A stretch of 64,000 nt of DNA from Eledone cirrhosa (taxonomy: Eukaryota): the NCBI GenBank assembly GCA_964016885.1, contig OZ024743.1, positions 165,354,001-165,418,000 of the forward strand. The letters run 5' to 3'. The notes beneath the pieces were generated by a model. It searched no databases, was not told the DNA's origin, and saw nothing but the letters and a program-made list of their open reading frames with translations. This document shows, piece by piece, positions 42,400-55,800 of the stretch (its first letter is position 1; each line of letters begins with the position of its first letter). Made by a program: the position numbers and the translations under genes.

Positions 42400-44031
42400 G
42401 AATTGGAGCTCTGAAATAGCAATATATATATGGATGTATATATAATGTATTTTGCAATACACTTTATGCTCAATTAAAAGCATTTTGAAGACCGTAAGCT
42501 ATTGTTTTTTAGAGTAGTGACAAATTCACTTACTTTGATCTCAGCAAACAGGGGAGATAAGCCGACAAGGCCTTGTTTCGCATTTGTTGAAGCTTATCAA
42601 GGCTAACTACTCCCACCTGTCTACCGAGATCACTGATGTTATATTCTTATAGAATTCTAGTAAATAATCAGGAGCTGATTATGCAGAGCGGTTGTTGGTC
42701 AGGCAGAAATTAAAAATTAGAATTGGAGCTCTGAAATAGCAATATATATATGGATGTATATATAATGTATTTTGCAATACACTTTATGCTTAATTAAAAG
42801 CATTTTGAAGACAGTAAGCTATTGTTTTTTAGAGTAGTGACAAATTCACTTACTTTGATCTCAGCAAACAGGGGAGATAAGCCGACAAGGCCCTGTTTCG
42901 CTTTGGTTGAAGCTTATCAAGGCTAACTACCCCTCCTGTCTACTGAGATCACTGATGTTATATTCTTATAGAAATCTAGTAAATAATCAGGAGCTGATTA
43001 TGCAGAGCGGTTGTTGGTCAGGCAGAAATTAAAAATTAGAATTGGAGCTCTGAAATAGCAATATATATATAGATGTATATATAATGTATTTTGCAATACA
43101 CTTTATGCTTAATTAAAAGCATTTTGAAGACCGTAAGCTATTGTTTTTTAGAGTAGTGACAAATTCACTTACTTTGATCTCAGCAAACAGGGGAGATAAG
43201 CCGACAAGGCCTTGTTTCGCATTTGTTGAAGCTTATCAAGGCTAACTACTACCACCTGTCTACCGAGATCACTGATGTTATATTCTTATAGAATTCTAGT
43301 AAATAATCAGGAGCTGATTATGCAGAGCGGTTGTTGGTCAGGCAGAAATTAAAAATTAGAATTGGAGCTCTGAAATAGCAATATATATATGGATGTATAT
43401 ATAATGTATTTTGCAATACACTTTATGCTTAATTAAAAGCATTTTGAAGACCGTAAGCTATTGTTTTTTAGAGTAGTGACAAATTCACTTACTTTGATCT
43501 CAGCAAACAGGGGAGATAAGCCGACAAGGCCCTGTTTCGCTTTGGTTGAAGCTTATCAAGGCTAACTACCCCTCCTGTCTACTGAGATCACTGATGTTAT
43601 ATTCTTATAGAAATCTAGTAAATAATCAGGAGCTGATTATGCAGAGCGGTTGTTGGTCAGGCAGAAATTAAAAATTAGAATTGGAGCTCTGAAATAGCAA
43701 TATATATATGGATGTATATATAATGTATTTTGCAATACACTTTATGCTTAATTAAAAGCATTTTGAAGACCGTAAGCTATTGTTTTTTAGAGTAGTGACA
43801 AATTCACTTACTTTGATCTCAGCAAACAGGGGAGATAAGCCGACAAGGCCCTGTTTCGCTTTGGTTGAAGCTTATCAAGGCTAACTACCCCTCCTGTCTA
43901 CTGAGATCACTGATATTATATTCTTATAGAAATCTAGTAAATAATCAGGAGCTGATTATGCAGAGCGGTTGTTGGTCAGGCAGAAATTAAAAATTAGAAT
44001 TGGAGCTCTGAAATAGCAATATATATATGGA
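42393..44031 (-). repeat. Retrozyme-like tandem array: 5.1 copies of a 319-320-bp unit, one HHR per unit
   Basis: aattggagct recurs at 42401, 42721, 43040, 43360, 43679, 43998; TA-flanked; no ORF. Confidence 0.92.
42552..42614 (-). ncRNA. Type I HHR with U3-A8 core (also at ~42871, 43191, 43510, 43829)
   Basis: Reverse complement: agcc-TTGATAA-gctt-caacca-aagc-GAAA-ca(a/g)ggccttg-TC-ggct, stem I extended by gatctcag/ctgagatc. Confidence 0.88.
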
Positions 44032-44119
44032 TAGCAATATGTATATGTATACATATATATATATATGTATATGTATACATATATATATACGTATATATAT
44101 ATGTATATATATATATATA

Positions 44120-45820
44120 GTATTAAGGATACTATTTATGGTTATGTATATACTAAAACCTTTTATAGTTATATATATATTATACCCTAAATAGTGAAAG
44201 ACAGTAATTTATTACTATCTTATTACCAGTAAGATAAATAGCTCAATGTAACAACATCAGTTTTTTTACAGAGCAGTTATATAGAGATTACATGAAACAA
44301 AGTTCTGTTTAAATCATTTATCTGCTTACAATTGTTTCTTCCAAACTGAGGTTTGGAGTCTTCGAGATATCCCCATGTATTTCTACTTTTGGTATATTGG
44401 CCTTCAATTGCTTAGACTACATTACACCAATGTAAACTTTAAGCACGGAATTGGTTGTGCTAACATTGTCCTGTGTATGTAGTGCCATCATTGGATAAAT
44501 GGAAGATTAAGTAATTAATTTATTAACATAAAAGAGCTATATAATCTATATGCTGAGTGCAATGAATTATGTACAGGTGATGTATGAGTTATAAATACAT
44601 GTATGACTTGATGATCAGATCAGTGTCTTTGTAAGTGAGAATTGATCTCTGGACTACCCTAGTGATATTTATCTTTGCCATGCAATCAGTCATGCAATGA
44701 CCCAGAACTTACAAGGAGTCATATATAGAAGTGATTCTAATAAGACCCTGCCAGGTCCTGCGGGTGGACTACACTTACAAAGATCATTGATTTGGAGATC
44801 TGACTCTTCACGTGGAATGTTTGGTGGGGGCACTCTATGATAAAAGGTAATCATCCTAATATGAACACCTTTAGTACTTCGTGATAGACTACACTGTAAT
44901 TTATAGATAAGATACTTAAATTTAGAAATTGATTATAACCTTATATGATGGGAACTCATTTGAGACACCATTAATGTACTTTAGGATAATAAATTTAGCC
45001 ATAGAAATCAGCTAGTTACCTCCCCTTACGCATTAACTCCCCTTAATCACACACACACTTCCGGAATATAATACGATGACATCTCTCACAACAACAACAA
45101 CCTACTCTATGGAATCGAATTAAAGAACGACAAGCTGTGATGTTCTAGCATGGTTCACAAGGCACCCAATATTGAATCATCGTGGTTGTGAGATGGACAT
45201 GTAGTCTATAAATTGCGTTTCCTGGATTGTGGGAGTGGTGGTGTGTACGAGGACAGTGGTGCTGTTTTGCTTCTCATTTGTAATATTTTTGATAATTTTG
45301 GTGTTTCTCCACACACGGGCTTCTATATCGTACAGGTGTGTGTGAATAATGCTTAACCAGTTCAGCCCCCATGATGCTCTTAATTGCCTGCTTTGACTGC
45401 TTGTTTTACTTGTAACAATCTGCCGCACTATAATCTTGTATAAATAGGACACGCGTGCATGCCACACGTGTGACTGTTGCATACACTGGCTACTCCAAAC
45501 TTTCCTTTTGCTTTATCTTAGTAGACTGCCAATGTTCTATTTTAATTTTAATTTTAATTTTAATTTTAACTTTAATTTTGTCCTTTAATATGACTGTAAT
45601 CTTTATATGTAAATTACCATGCTATATTATTATAATGGATGTCAACCCACTGTGTGTCAATATATACATATGTTTCTATATGTCTCTTGTGTTGAAAAGG
45701 AGGTCAAGTATGTTAAAAATCACTGAATAATTGCTCCGAAGACTCCAAACCTCGGTTTGGAAGAAACAATTGTAAGCAGATAAATGATTTAAACAGAACT
45801 TTGTTTCATGTAATCTCTCT
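44120..45820. mobile_element. Family E PLE-derived piece with inverted pLTRs
   Basis: 44283-44365 is the reverse complement of 45737-45817; 44160-44280 is homologous (rc) to 28865-28985; motif agctagttacctcc..ttacgca shared with 28183. Confidence 0.75.
45732..45778 (+). ncRNA. Minimal HHR with CCGAAGA (U4C) core
   Basis: tgct-CCGAAGA-c-tccaaac-ctcg-gtttgga-a-GAAA-caattg-TA-agca. Confidence 0.78.
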
Positions 45821-45958
45821 CTCTCTCTATATATATATATATAACGAAGGAAATGTGGTAAGGAACCAGGTGGACCATAACGCACCAAAGTACTCAATAC
45901 TCAATCCAGAATTAGCCGGCGAAACGGCTTGAGCTCAGCCGTCGGGGTCCTACTCGTT

Positions 45959-46005
<47 letters not shown>

Positions 46006-46094
46006 ATATATATGTATATATATATATGTGTTTATGTATATATATGTATATATATAAATGTATTTGTATATATGTATTTGTATATATATATAAG

Positions 46095-46211
46095 TTGAAA
46101 AAAAAAGAAATGAAAACGAAATTTCATTTCTCACTCTTAGAATGGCACTTACTTAAATGTAAGTATGTATGTATACGTACATACATATATGTATACAGAC
46201 GTACAGTAGCA

Positions 46212-46271
<60 letters not shown>

Positions 46272-46537
46272 CAGGTACACATACATATATGCACGCATCA
46301 GTTTAGCGGACGCTTATTATAACGCCGCTTTGTTCGTTTGTCAACAAACTGAACAGCCTGAATTTATGCCATACGGTGTTAAGGCAACCACGTCACCTTT
46401 TTGTTCAACACTGACACAGGAACGATGTACTAGTTTCAAGCTTGTTAGCTATCATCAGCACCGTTTACCCATCTGCCAGATAGTTGAATGTTCGAAAGTA
46501 TATACTTTCCTTATGAAAATTAACGGCTGAGCAGCCT
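46095..46537 (-). mobile_element. Family D copy with intact HHR (46422-46464)
   Basis: Reverse complement: acggtg-CTGATGA-tagctaacaagctt-GAAA-ctag-TA-catcgt. Confidence 0.82.
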
Positions 46538-46588
46538 AATATATATATATACATATACATATATATAGATATACACATATACATATAC

Positions 46589-46619
<31 letters not shown>

Positions 46620-46620
46620 C

Positions 46621-46680
<60 letters not shown>

Positions 46681-46794
46681 GTATATATATATATGTATAT
46701 ATATATATATGTATATGTATATGTGTATATCTATATATATGTATATGTATATATATATATATGTATATGTATATAGGTATATGTAAATATATAT

Positions 46795-47635
46795 ATCCAA
46801 AATTAAATTAAGGGCTTTCATGTCTGAGAGACATGCGCCATATCTACTGTAGAATAAGCTCAAAGATTCCAATAAATAGATCCGAGCATTACATATCAAC
46901 TAGAAATAGATTGACATATATATATATATATAAAATAGATACATGGACCAATCACAGGGAATAATTTGTAAAGAATGTAAGCACACATAGCTAGGTAGGT
47001 AACCAATTAAAGTTTAACTAAAACTTCAAATATAGATACCTTTTAAAATGATTAATCTCCTTTGTATATATTTCTTTAAGTAAGAAATATATTTCACCAA
47101 TTAATCAGTAGATCACAGCAGTCAAATCCTGGATGGTCACCAAAGGAGAAGAAAATAACTATCTGCGTTTACAAAGCAAATGCAAATTTGTGAATGACTC
47201 GCACCACGTGTTACATTTTTATAAAAATACACACATCGCACAGCGTCATCCCAGTGGCGTGAATAGGATTACCGACAGCTAGAAATAGCAGCCGAGTCCA
47301 TTCAACTGAATTAGCTCAACAATCAATGGGCCGTATATATATCCAAAATTAAATTAAGGGTTGTCATGTCTGAGAGACATGCGCCATATCCACTGTAGAA
47401 TAAGCTCAAAAATTCTAATGAATAGATCTGAGCATTACATATAAACTAGAATTAGATTGACATATATATATATAAAATAAATACATGGAACAATCACAGG
47501 GAATAATTTGTAAAGAATGTAAGCACACATAGCTAGGTAGGTAACTAATTAAAGTTTAACTAGAACTTCAAATATAGATACCTTTTAAAATGATTAATCT
47601 TCTTTGTATATATTTCTTTAAGTAAGAAATATATT

Positions 47636-47636
<1 letters not shown>
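46795..47636. repeat. ~545-bp unit plus ~295-bp direct repeat between TA tracts
   Basis: 46795-47094 repeats at 47340-47636. Confidence 0.85.
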
Positions 47637-47701
<65 letters not shown>

Positions 47702-47740
47702 GTATATATATGTACATATATATGTATATATATGTATATA

Positions 47741-47780
<40 letters not shown>

Positions 47781-47787
<7 letters not shown>

Positions 47788-47980
47788 GTGAGGTTTTTTT
47801 TACAAAATGAAAAATAACCGAGGTGTCCTACACGAGTGAAAAACCACAGACCCTCCATCTCAACTCATCCTTTGAAAAGCAGAAGAACTGCGAAACCGGT
47901 AAAGGAACCAAATAAATATATATATTTAAAAAAAAAATAAGACTTCAGTTGCATTTTCGATTTCATCTCTTTTTTCTTTA
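47781..47980 (+). mobile_element. Solo Neptune-like pLTR fragment with TTGAAAA-core HHR (47868-47906)
   Basis: TTGAAAA-gcag-aagaa-ctgc-GAAA-ccgg-TA-aagga; homologous to 19255-19445. Confidence 0.75.
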
Positions 47981-47998
47981 TATATATATATATATATA

Positions 47999-50900
47999 CG
48001 ATATTAAATAAATGGAAACTATATTTATAAAACCATATTTATTTCATTATATATATTTCAGGGATATCATATTAACAATATGCTATGCCTTCCTCAGACA
48101 AAATACAATATAAACAGTTTTATAGATAAATAGATTTGACATACCGTACAACATCGACTTGTATTTGAAAAGTTGAATTGGCAGTGAAAAAATTGTACAC
48201 AGAGAGAAAGAAAGAGAGAAAAAGGAAAGAAAGACAGAAAACGAAGAAAAAAAGAAGAAAAAGAAGAAATGCATGGAACAAAATAGAGAGATGGAAAGAT
48301 AGATAAAGAGAAGAACTTCATGTAAAGAAACAGAGAGAGATATATATAGAGAGAGAGAGGAAATAGAGATAGATATATATATATAGAAAACTAGGTAGTG
48401 GGAACATCCGTTGAGTAAACGTATCAATGATACATTTATTTATTTATTTATTTATTTAGCTCTAGTATTAATGTAAGGGAGATATATGTGGTTAGGAGAG
48501 AAACCAGCTGTTATATATAGAGAAAAATTAAAAATAACCAGACATAGGCGAGGCATAAAAACCCTGTTTTAATGTAGAGGTATTAGTATGTATAAAAACC
48601 AGCCACTATACTGTAAATATCAGTATTCCTGAATGAGACATGTATCCATAATGTGTGAAAAGTAATGATCTTATGTTTAGTTTTTTAAAAAAAATTCATA
48701 TGTTTATGTGATAACTACAAACATCTATGTGAATTTACATGATCAACTCTGCAAACCTTAAGTTCACGGAAAACATTCTCATTGTGCTATAAAAATTTAA
48801 GTATACATATATGTGTATATATATACACACATATATATATAGACTCTATATTACTACTATTGTCTTTACTCTACAAGATTATCTATCAAGCAGAAATAGA
48901 GAGCAGATTTCAATATATTAATAAAAAAATATATATCAGAAACAAAACCAAAAAATAACAATAATAATAATAATAATAAATAATAATAAAATAGAAAACT
49001 AAAAAATATTACGAAAGAATATTACATATTAAAAATATTACATATTAAAAATAAAAATATTAGAAAATACTACAATAATAAAAATAAACCACAAAGATCA
49101 ACCCTTCAAAATTAATTGACAATATATTGCCAAGTTCATTATAAGCATCAGAGTCGAAAAACAGATAAAGCTAAAAATTATTTATCAAATCGCATCTAGC
49201 AAAAATCATTTCAAAAAGTTTAGGATGCCCATTTGGTCTACATGTGTTCTTATATTTAATATAGAAGTTTATCTAGTGTAATGTTTATTCGAAATATTTG
49301 GAGCATCAACTTTTAGGGTAGCTTAATTTTTCATGAAGAATGTTTAAATAAAAATAAAAATAAAAATAAAAAGAATAAAAAGAAGAAATCGAAAGATTTA
49401 TCGGCTAGTTTCCCATATAATTATAAATCAAACTAAATATACTACATTTTAAATTTAAATTTATATTTAAAAGTTGAGTTTAATCTATGTTTGCAGCAAC
49501 TGAATAAATTTGTCCGTAGATTAAGGGAATTTTTAGATTTTAGTATAAAGAATATCTCCTCTGCGCAGAGGTCACATGTCTCAGAGGCTGAATTAAAAGG
49601 AATCCCTCTTGAGACTATATTCCAAGCCGTCGAATATCTAACGTTATCTAGCTTAAGTTGCCAGAGTACGCCTGATAGTGCCGTTGAAGATTTTTTGCTT
49701 GGATCAGTGAAAGAATTCTTGTGGTTATTATAGCGAAGTTTAAATTCCGTCGATGTGGAACCGACGTAGTTAAAAGAATTAGAGTCAGTTTTAACATTAC
49801 AATTGTATACTATATTTTTAACTAAGCAGTTGTTATTTAACGGACATTTAGATCTATCTCTACAGTTACATTTGTTAACTTGTATATTATTTATGCTATT
49901 ATCACTAGGTTTTAAGTTCCTATTATTTATTCTATTAATATTTTGTGCTAAATTTTTGGTGGATGAGTAGGTTAATTTTATAGTATGTCTATTGAAAATT
50001 GAGTGATACCTATGTGTTCTAGGGAAGCGATTATCAAGAGCTTTAAAAAATAGTTTAGCGATGTGGGTTTTAATGTTTAGTGAGAAAGGGGGGGGGGGGG
50101 GGGGGCAAACCAAATTATGTTCCTAGTTCTATTTCTTTTTTGGCCTTTGGAATTATTGTAATGCTTTCTATTATAGTTGTTAAGGTTGTTGCCGTAATTA
50201 AAATAGTTGTTATTTTGTTTAGTTTGTCTATCATTATCTATGTACATAATCTTATCAGTATATCCTGCTCTAGCTAATGCTTCATTGTAGTATTGGGCTT
50301 TTTCGTCGAAAATCTTTCTATTCGACGAGATCCTAGAGATACGTTTTTGAACAGAGTTTACTATAGTGTTTTTGACAGATCTGGGGTGGTTAGAGTTAAA
50401 GTTGACATAGTTTAAGTTTTCATTCAACTTGTGAAAAGGATAGTGAAGACATGTGTTGAGATTTAATGTTATATCTAGGAAATTGACTATTCTATGGTTG
50501 TTCTCAATTTCTATTTTAAGATTAAAGTAATTAAAAAATTGTGTAATGTGTTTACATTTTCTATTTAGTTCAGAGTTATTATTATCAATAAGTAAAAGCA
50601 TGTCATCTCTATATAAACCTCCGGTAGTACCAGGTATTTTCCTATGTAGCGAATTGATTAAAAATAAGCCCACAAGGTCAGTTACCTGAGCTGAGTCGGA
50701 TGATCCCATAGTAATGTCAAAATTGCTATCTCTATCTGCTCTGGTCCATAGTTGGTCATTAAATTCTATCAAAGTTTTCCTAGCCGATAATATAATATGC
50801 ATTTCATTGCTAGTTAGGTCAGTATGTTTGAATGCGTAATTTAGTGCCTTATTTAGTAGATTAGGGGTAATAGAAGAATAATAGTTAGCAATATCAAGTT

Positions 50901-51740
50901 GAATAAACTTATTATTATTGTTATATTTAATTTGCTTAAACCACCAACAACCTCTCCAGTTCCCTTCCACAAGCTCAGGTTAGATAAACAATCCAAGTTC
51001 TTAATTTGCTGTATCACCCTGTCAAGAATGTTTTTGCTTAATTTGCCCAGGTCCGATTTTGATGGTGCGATCAATCTAACTGGCAAGTCATTTTCAAAAT
51101 TCCTCTTGTGATCTTTCATATTGATCTTCGGTTTCCTGGGCACGAAAGGTTGTGTTCTGTTCTCAATTTCCAACTCGTGCATTATACAAGATGCTTCGAC
51201 ATTCATTTTCTCAAGCTCGGCCTTATCTGCTACCTTGTACTTTTTCCTCAGTTCCTTCAGTATGAGGCCATTATACATGTCTTTCTGCACTCCATAGAGG
51301 TTGTTGGTCTTGTCAGATTTCACCAAGATCTTCTCAGTTTTCTCTAAGCTCTCAATATTATCCTTAATGCCTTTCAGATATTCCTGGCCTTTGAAGTTTC
51401 TCTTGAATTTGACCCCTTGTATGATAGAAATTATATCGTTTTCAAAGTCAGATAAAAGTTTGTTAGGGGGTGAATTTCTTTTAGATTTGAAAACTTTGTT
51501 TAAGTCCGAGACATTTTCATTTATATTAGATTTATCAAAGTGGAATGCTCGCCACCTGATTCTCCTTATAAAAGAGTCAGATTTATCTATTAATTGTTTT
51601 ATAAAGTATATATATATACGATATTAATAAATGGAAACTATATTTATAAAACCATATTTATTTCATTATACATATTTCAGGGATACCAAATTAAATTATG
51701 GTATGCCTTCATCAGAAAAATACAATATATAACAGTTTTA
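47999..51740 (-). mobile_element. Hydra-like PLE, family A copy 2, with 3' pLTR and an upstream pLTR
   Basis: Highly similar to 3393-5622; HHRs at 48042 and 51659. Confidence 0.9.
49442..51605 (-). pseudogene. PLE RT + GIY-YIG with frameshifts (~50945 and poly-G 50088-50105), 5' end missing
   Basis: ORFs 50853-51326, 50077-50970, 49442-50113; GLYRDD, CNCRDRSKCPLNNNC. Confidence 0.92.
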
Positions 51741-52380
51741 CAAATAAGCTTTGACGTACCCTATTAAAATGCAACCATTGTTTTTGGAAGACATCCGGAT
51801 AGTGAATTGTTTATATAACTTTAATAAGTCATAGTGTTAAGGACAAATAGAAAAAGACGGAGAGAAAGAAAAAACGTGGAGAAATATCGGAGAGAGAGAG
51901 AGATGCATGGAGAAAAAAAGAAAGAGATAAGTAAAGACAGGAGGAAAGGAAGAAAGAAGAAAAAAAGGAAGAAATAAGAAAAACAGAGGAAAGCAACAGA
52001 GAGATATTAAGTCAACAGACAGATAGAAAAACTCAAGAGAGAGAAATGTTATATATAGAGAGAGGGAAATTATGAAAACTTTACGTCATGTCATGTTATC
52101 TGGCTGTTATATTTAGTGTGATGGGATAGGTGGTGTATCAAGTTTCTGGTGTTGGTGAAATTGCTGTTATTTGGCTGTTCTATATAGTGTAGACAGAGGG
52201 TGTTTTTTTCCCATTTATAACCATTTTCTTTTTTTGAATACAAAATATATAATACAAAATTGAATATTTGAGCGATACAACAATATAATATGGATCCGAA
52301 ACTTTATGGGACCTGATTCGGTGGTTTATGCTACATTTGTACTAAGAATTATTATTATTATTATTATTATTATTGTTGTT

Positions 52381-52687
52381 ATTCCTTGAATCTCAGTCAT
52401 TGATGTTGGTTAACTGGAAAGTCCGTTGGATTGAATATCAAGCCACTACCTGCAGCCTCAGATATTCAGGACGTATCGGAGGGTTCTTGCCACCCTGAAG
52501 ATCTCCAGGCTTTTGGTGATCCAGGAATGAGGCACCATGTCAAATGCCTTTCTGTAGTCTATCCATCCCATGGCAAGATCAGTGTGTCTCCTCCTGCAAT
52601 TCCCCATTACCATCTTATCAATAAGCAGCTGGTCCTTTGTACCACGTGACTTCTTTCGGCATCCTTTCTGTTCGTCCGGCAACAACA

Positions 52688-52688
<1 letters not shown>
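52381..52688 (-). mobile_element. Internally deleted, truncated R4/Dong derivative
   Basis: 3' UTR and last codons joined at 'tgc' to a copy of RT region ~54497-54693; (TAA)n on both sides. Confidence 0.85.
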
Positions 52689-52760
<72 letters not shown>

Positions 52761-52829
52761 ATTATTATTGTTACTCCTTGGTTAACTGGAAAGTCCGTTG
52801 GAATGAATATCAAGCCACTACCTGCAGCC

Positions 52830-55800
52830 TCAGATATTCAGGACGTATCGGAGGGTTCTTGCTGTTCCCAGCAAGCATGCCTTTTGAAGCGTTCCAAAAA
52901 GCGTGAAGGGGCCGATTTTCTTTAACCATCCCTGGAAACTTTTGGAGATAGTCCCCAGTGCGCCTATGACAATCGGGATCACTTTGACTTCATGGCAGTT
53001 CCAAATCCTTTTTACCTCCCACTTTAAGTCCTGGTATCGGTTAATTTTCTCCCTCTCCTTCTCTTGCACTCTCGTGTCGAATGGGCAGGCCACATCCACA
53101 ATCAGACACGCTCTTTTTTCTTTGTCCACAACCACCAGGTCAGGTCTATTGTGTTCCAGTTTCTTGTCCGTCTGTATCCTAAAATCCCACAGCACCTTCA
53201 TCTGATCGTTCTCCATTACCGCCTCTGGCCTACGCTCATACCATTTCTCAGAATGTGGTAAATTGTTTACTTTGCATAGGGGCCAGTGGATCACCCTGCC
53301 CATCACATCATGTCTCCAGCCCTTATAGTGGGTCTGGGCTAGGTGTTTACACTCGGATACAATGTGAGCCACAGTCTCCTCTCTCTCTCCACAGATCCTG
53401 CACAGTGGGCTAGCCTCCTCCTTGTAAATATGGTGTTTCAACCACTTCGTTTTGAGGGCCTGCTCCTGCGCAGCCATTAACATTCCTTCTGTAGCCTTTT
53501 TGAGGTCTCCTCTTCTCAACCAGTTCCATGTCTGTGGATCTCTAAATTCAGTTTTCTCAAAGAAGGTACTATGAAGGGATTTTCCCTGAAGGCTGCTCTT
53601 TCTCCTTGATGTTATTTCCTCCTTGGACATCCCCTGGCCTACTGTCCCCTCCTTCAGTACAGTTCTGAGCATTGGCTCCTTACTATCAGTCACGTATTTG
53701 TATAGGTTGTTTTTCTCCATCTGAACACAGTCCTCTATGCTGATAAGACCTCTTCCACCCTCAGATCTCCTTAGGTAGAGTCTATCGACATCACTCCTCT
53801 TGTGGAACATGTTGTAGATAGTCAATAGCTTCCTTGTCTTCCTATCCATTTCTTTTTGTTCAGCAACATTCCATCTCAGAATTCCCGCACTGTACCTAAT
53901 AATAGACACAGCTCGGGAATTTACTGCGCTTATGGCATTTCTGCTGTTCAGATGTGACTTCAATACGCTCCTTATTCTCCGAATGTATTCAGTTCTTAAC
54001 AATTCTTTCATTTTTTTGTTCTTTATGCCATCAGCTTCCAGAACGCCCAAATACTTGTATCCTTCCTCAGAGTCAATTTCCTTTATCATCTCACCTGTTG
54101 GTATCTGGATTCCGTTACTTCTGCTCAACCTACCCCTCCTCATCACAATGACTCCACACTTACTAATACCAAACTGCATACATATATCACTGCTGAAAAT
54201 ACGGACAGTGTCAACAAGCACATCCAACTCCTCACTCTTCCCGAAGAGCTTAAGATCGTCCATGAAGAGGAGGTGATTGATGGTAAGCTCTCCCCTTCCC
54301 AACTTGTATCCTGCTCTCACTTTTCGCAGCATAATGGTCAAGGGCATCAGGGCAAGGACAAACAACAGAGGGGACAATCTATCTCCCTGGAAGATACCTC
54401 TCTTGATCTTCACGCTTCCCAAGGAGTCTCCAGTTGATGTCAACTCTGTCTCCCAGGACCCCATAGTCCTGCTCAGCAACTGTCTGATGTTATCTGCCAC
54501 CTTGAAGATCTCCAGGCTTTTGGTGATCCAAGAGTGAGGCACCATGTCAAATGCCTTTCTGTAGTCTATCCATCCCATGGCAAGATCAGTGTGTCTCCTC
54601 CGGCAATTCCCCATTACCATCTTATCAATAAGTAACTGGTCCTTTGTACCACGTGACTTCTTTCGGCATCCTTTCTGTTCGTCCGGTAACAAGTTGTTTG
54701 TGTGGAGGTGATGGTAGATTTCCTCAGACACAAGGCTCGTCAACAGTTTCCACATTACGGACAGACATGTGATAGGTCTATATTTGGTAACATCATTACC
54801 CTTGATTCGGTCTTTCATTATCAGAACTGTGGTACCTTTTGTCAACCACTCTGGCACCTCACCCGACACCAAGCAGTCATTGAACATGGCCGTCAGTTTC
54901 GGGTGGAGGGATGTTAAATGTTTAATCCAATACCCCTGCACACCATCTGGGCCTGGTGATTTCCAGTTGGTTAGTTTTTTTGCCTGCCTCTTAAGAGTTT
55001 CAACTGTGATACTCAAATCAGTTTGTTTGTGTGCCTGCTCACCGATCTCCCTCTGTACTGTCTCAATCCACCCTGCCTGGTCATTATGTCTAACATCCTG
55101 CTCCCATATTCCTCTCCAGAATGTTTTAGTTTGTTCCGCCTCAGGGATCAAGTCGTTGCCTCTTTCTTTCCCCTCAAGCTGTCCAAACAGCATCTTCTGA
55201 TTGTTGTCGAACATGCGGTTCTGTTTATACTGACTGACTCTGTTCTCGTATCGCCTGATTTTTGCACTCTTTGCTACAATGCGTTGCTTCAGTTCCTCTA
55301 TGATAATATTTAGCTTTTTCCTCCTAGTTTTGTACTTTATTTCCAGTCTATTTTTAGTGCCTATGTTTTTTAGTGTCCCATTCTGTAGTGACTCAAGCTT
55401 TCCTATGTCATTTCTCATTTCCTTGATTTGACCACTCAGTCGTTTCTTCCACCAAGGCTCTGCTCTTTCTTGTCTGTTGTTTCCTCTCGCTTTTATACCA
55501 AGTAGTTTCCTCACCGTATTTTCTGTTGCTTTGAGGATATTGTTGCACTGGTGAAGGCTCCTCGCCTCAAGGTATGGGATGACTTTGTTTACCTTAGCTG
55601 TTGTTTCTTTTAACTTTTTCCTGTCTACAAATCTTAGGTTCATAGGTCTCCCACTATCATTGTTCAATTCATCTACCACTAAATTTAGGATGTCAACCGA
55701 ATCTTGTCCTAGCCCGTCAGCATTCATCTCCTCAGTGGCCGTATCTCTGTTCCAGGTATTATTTATCTCAGTATTCAGACCATTGTCTGCTTCGGGTGGT

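Noticed and set aside
42393-44031. CRISPR array or plain satellite
   Set aside because: No unique spacers, eukaryotic context, and each unit has an HHR
45926-45955. GAAA-cggct..agccg-TC (and GAAA-cggccg-TC at ~23803)
   Set aside because: Only the 3' half of an HHR with no upstream core; not counted as ribozymes
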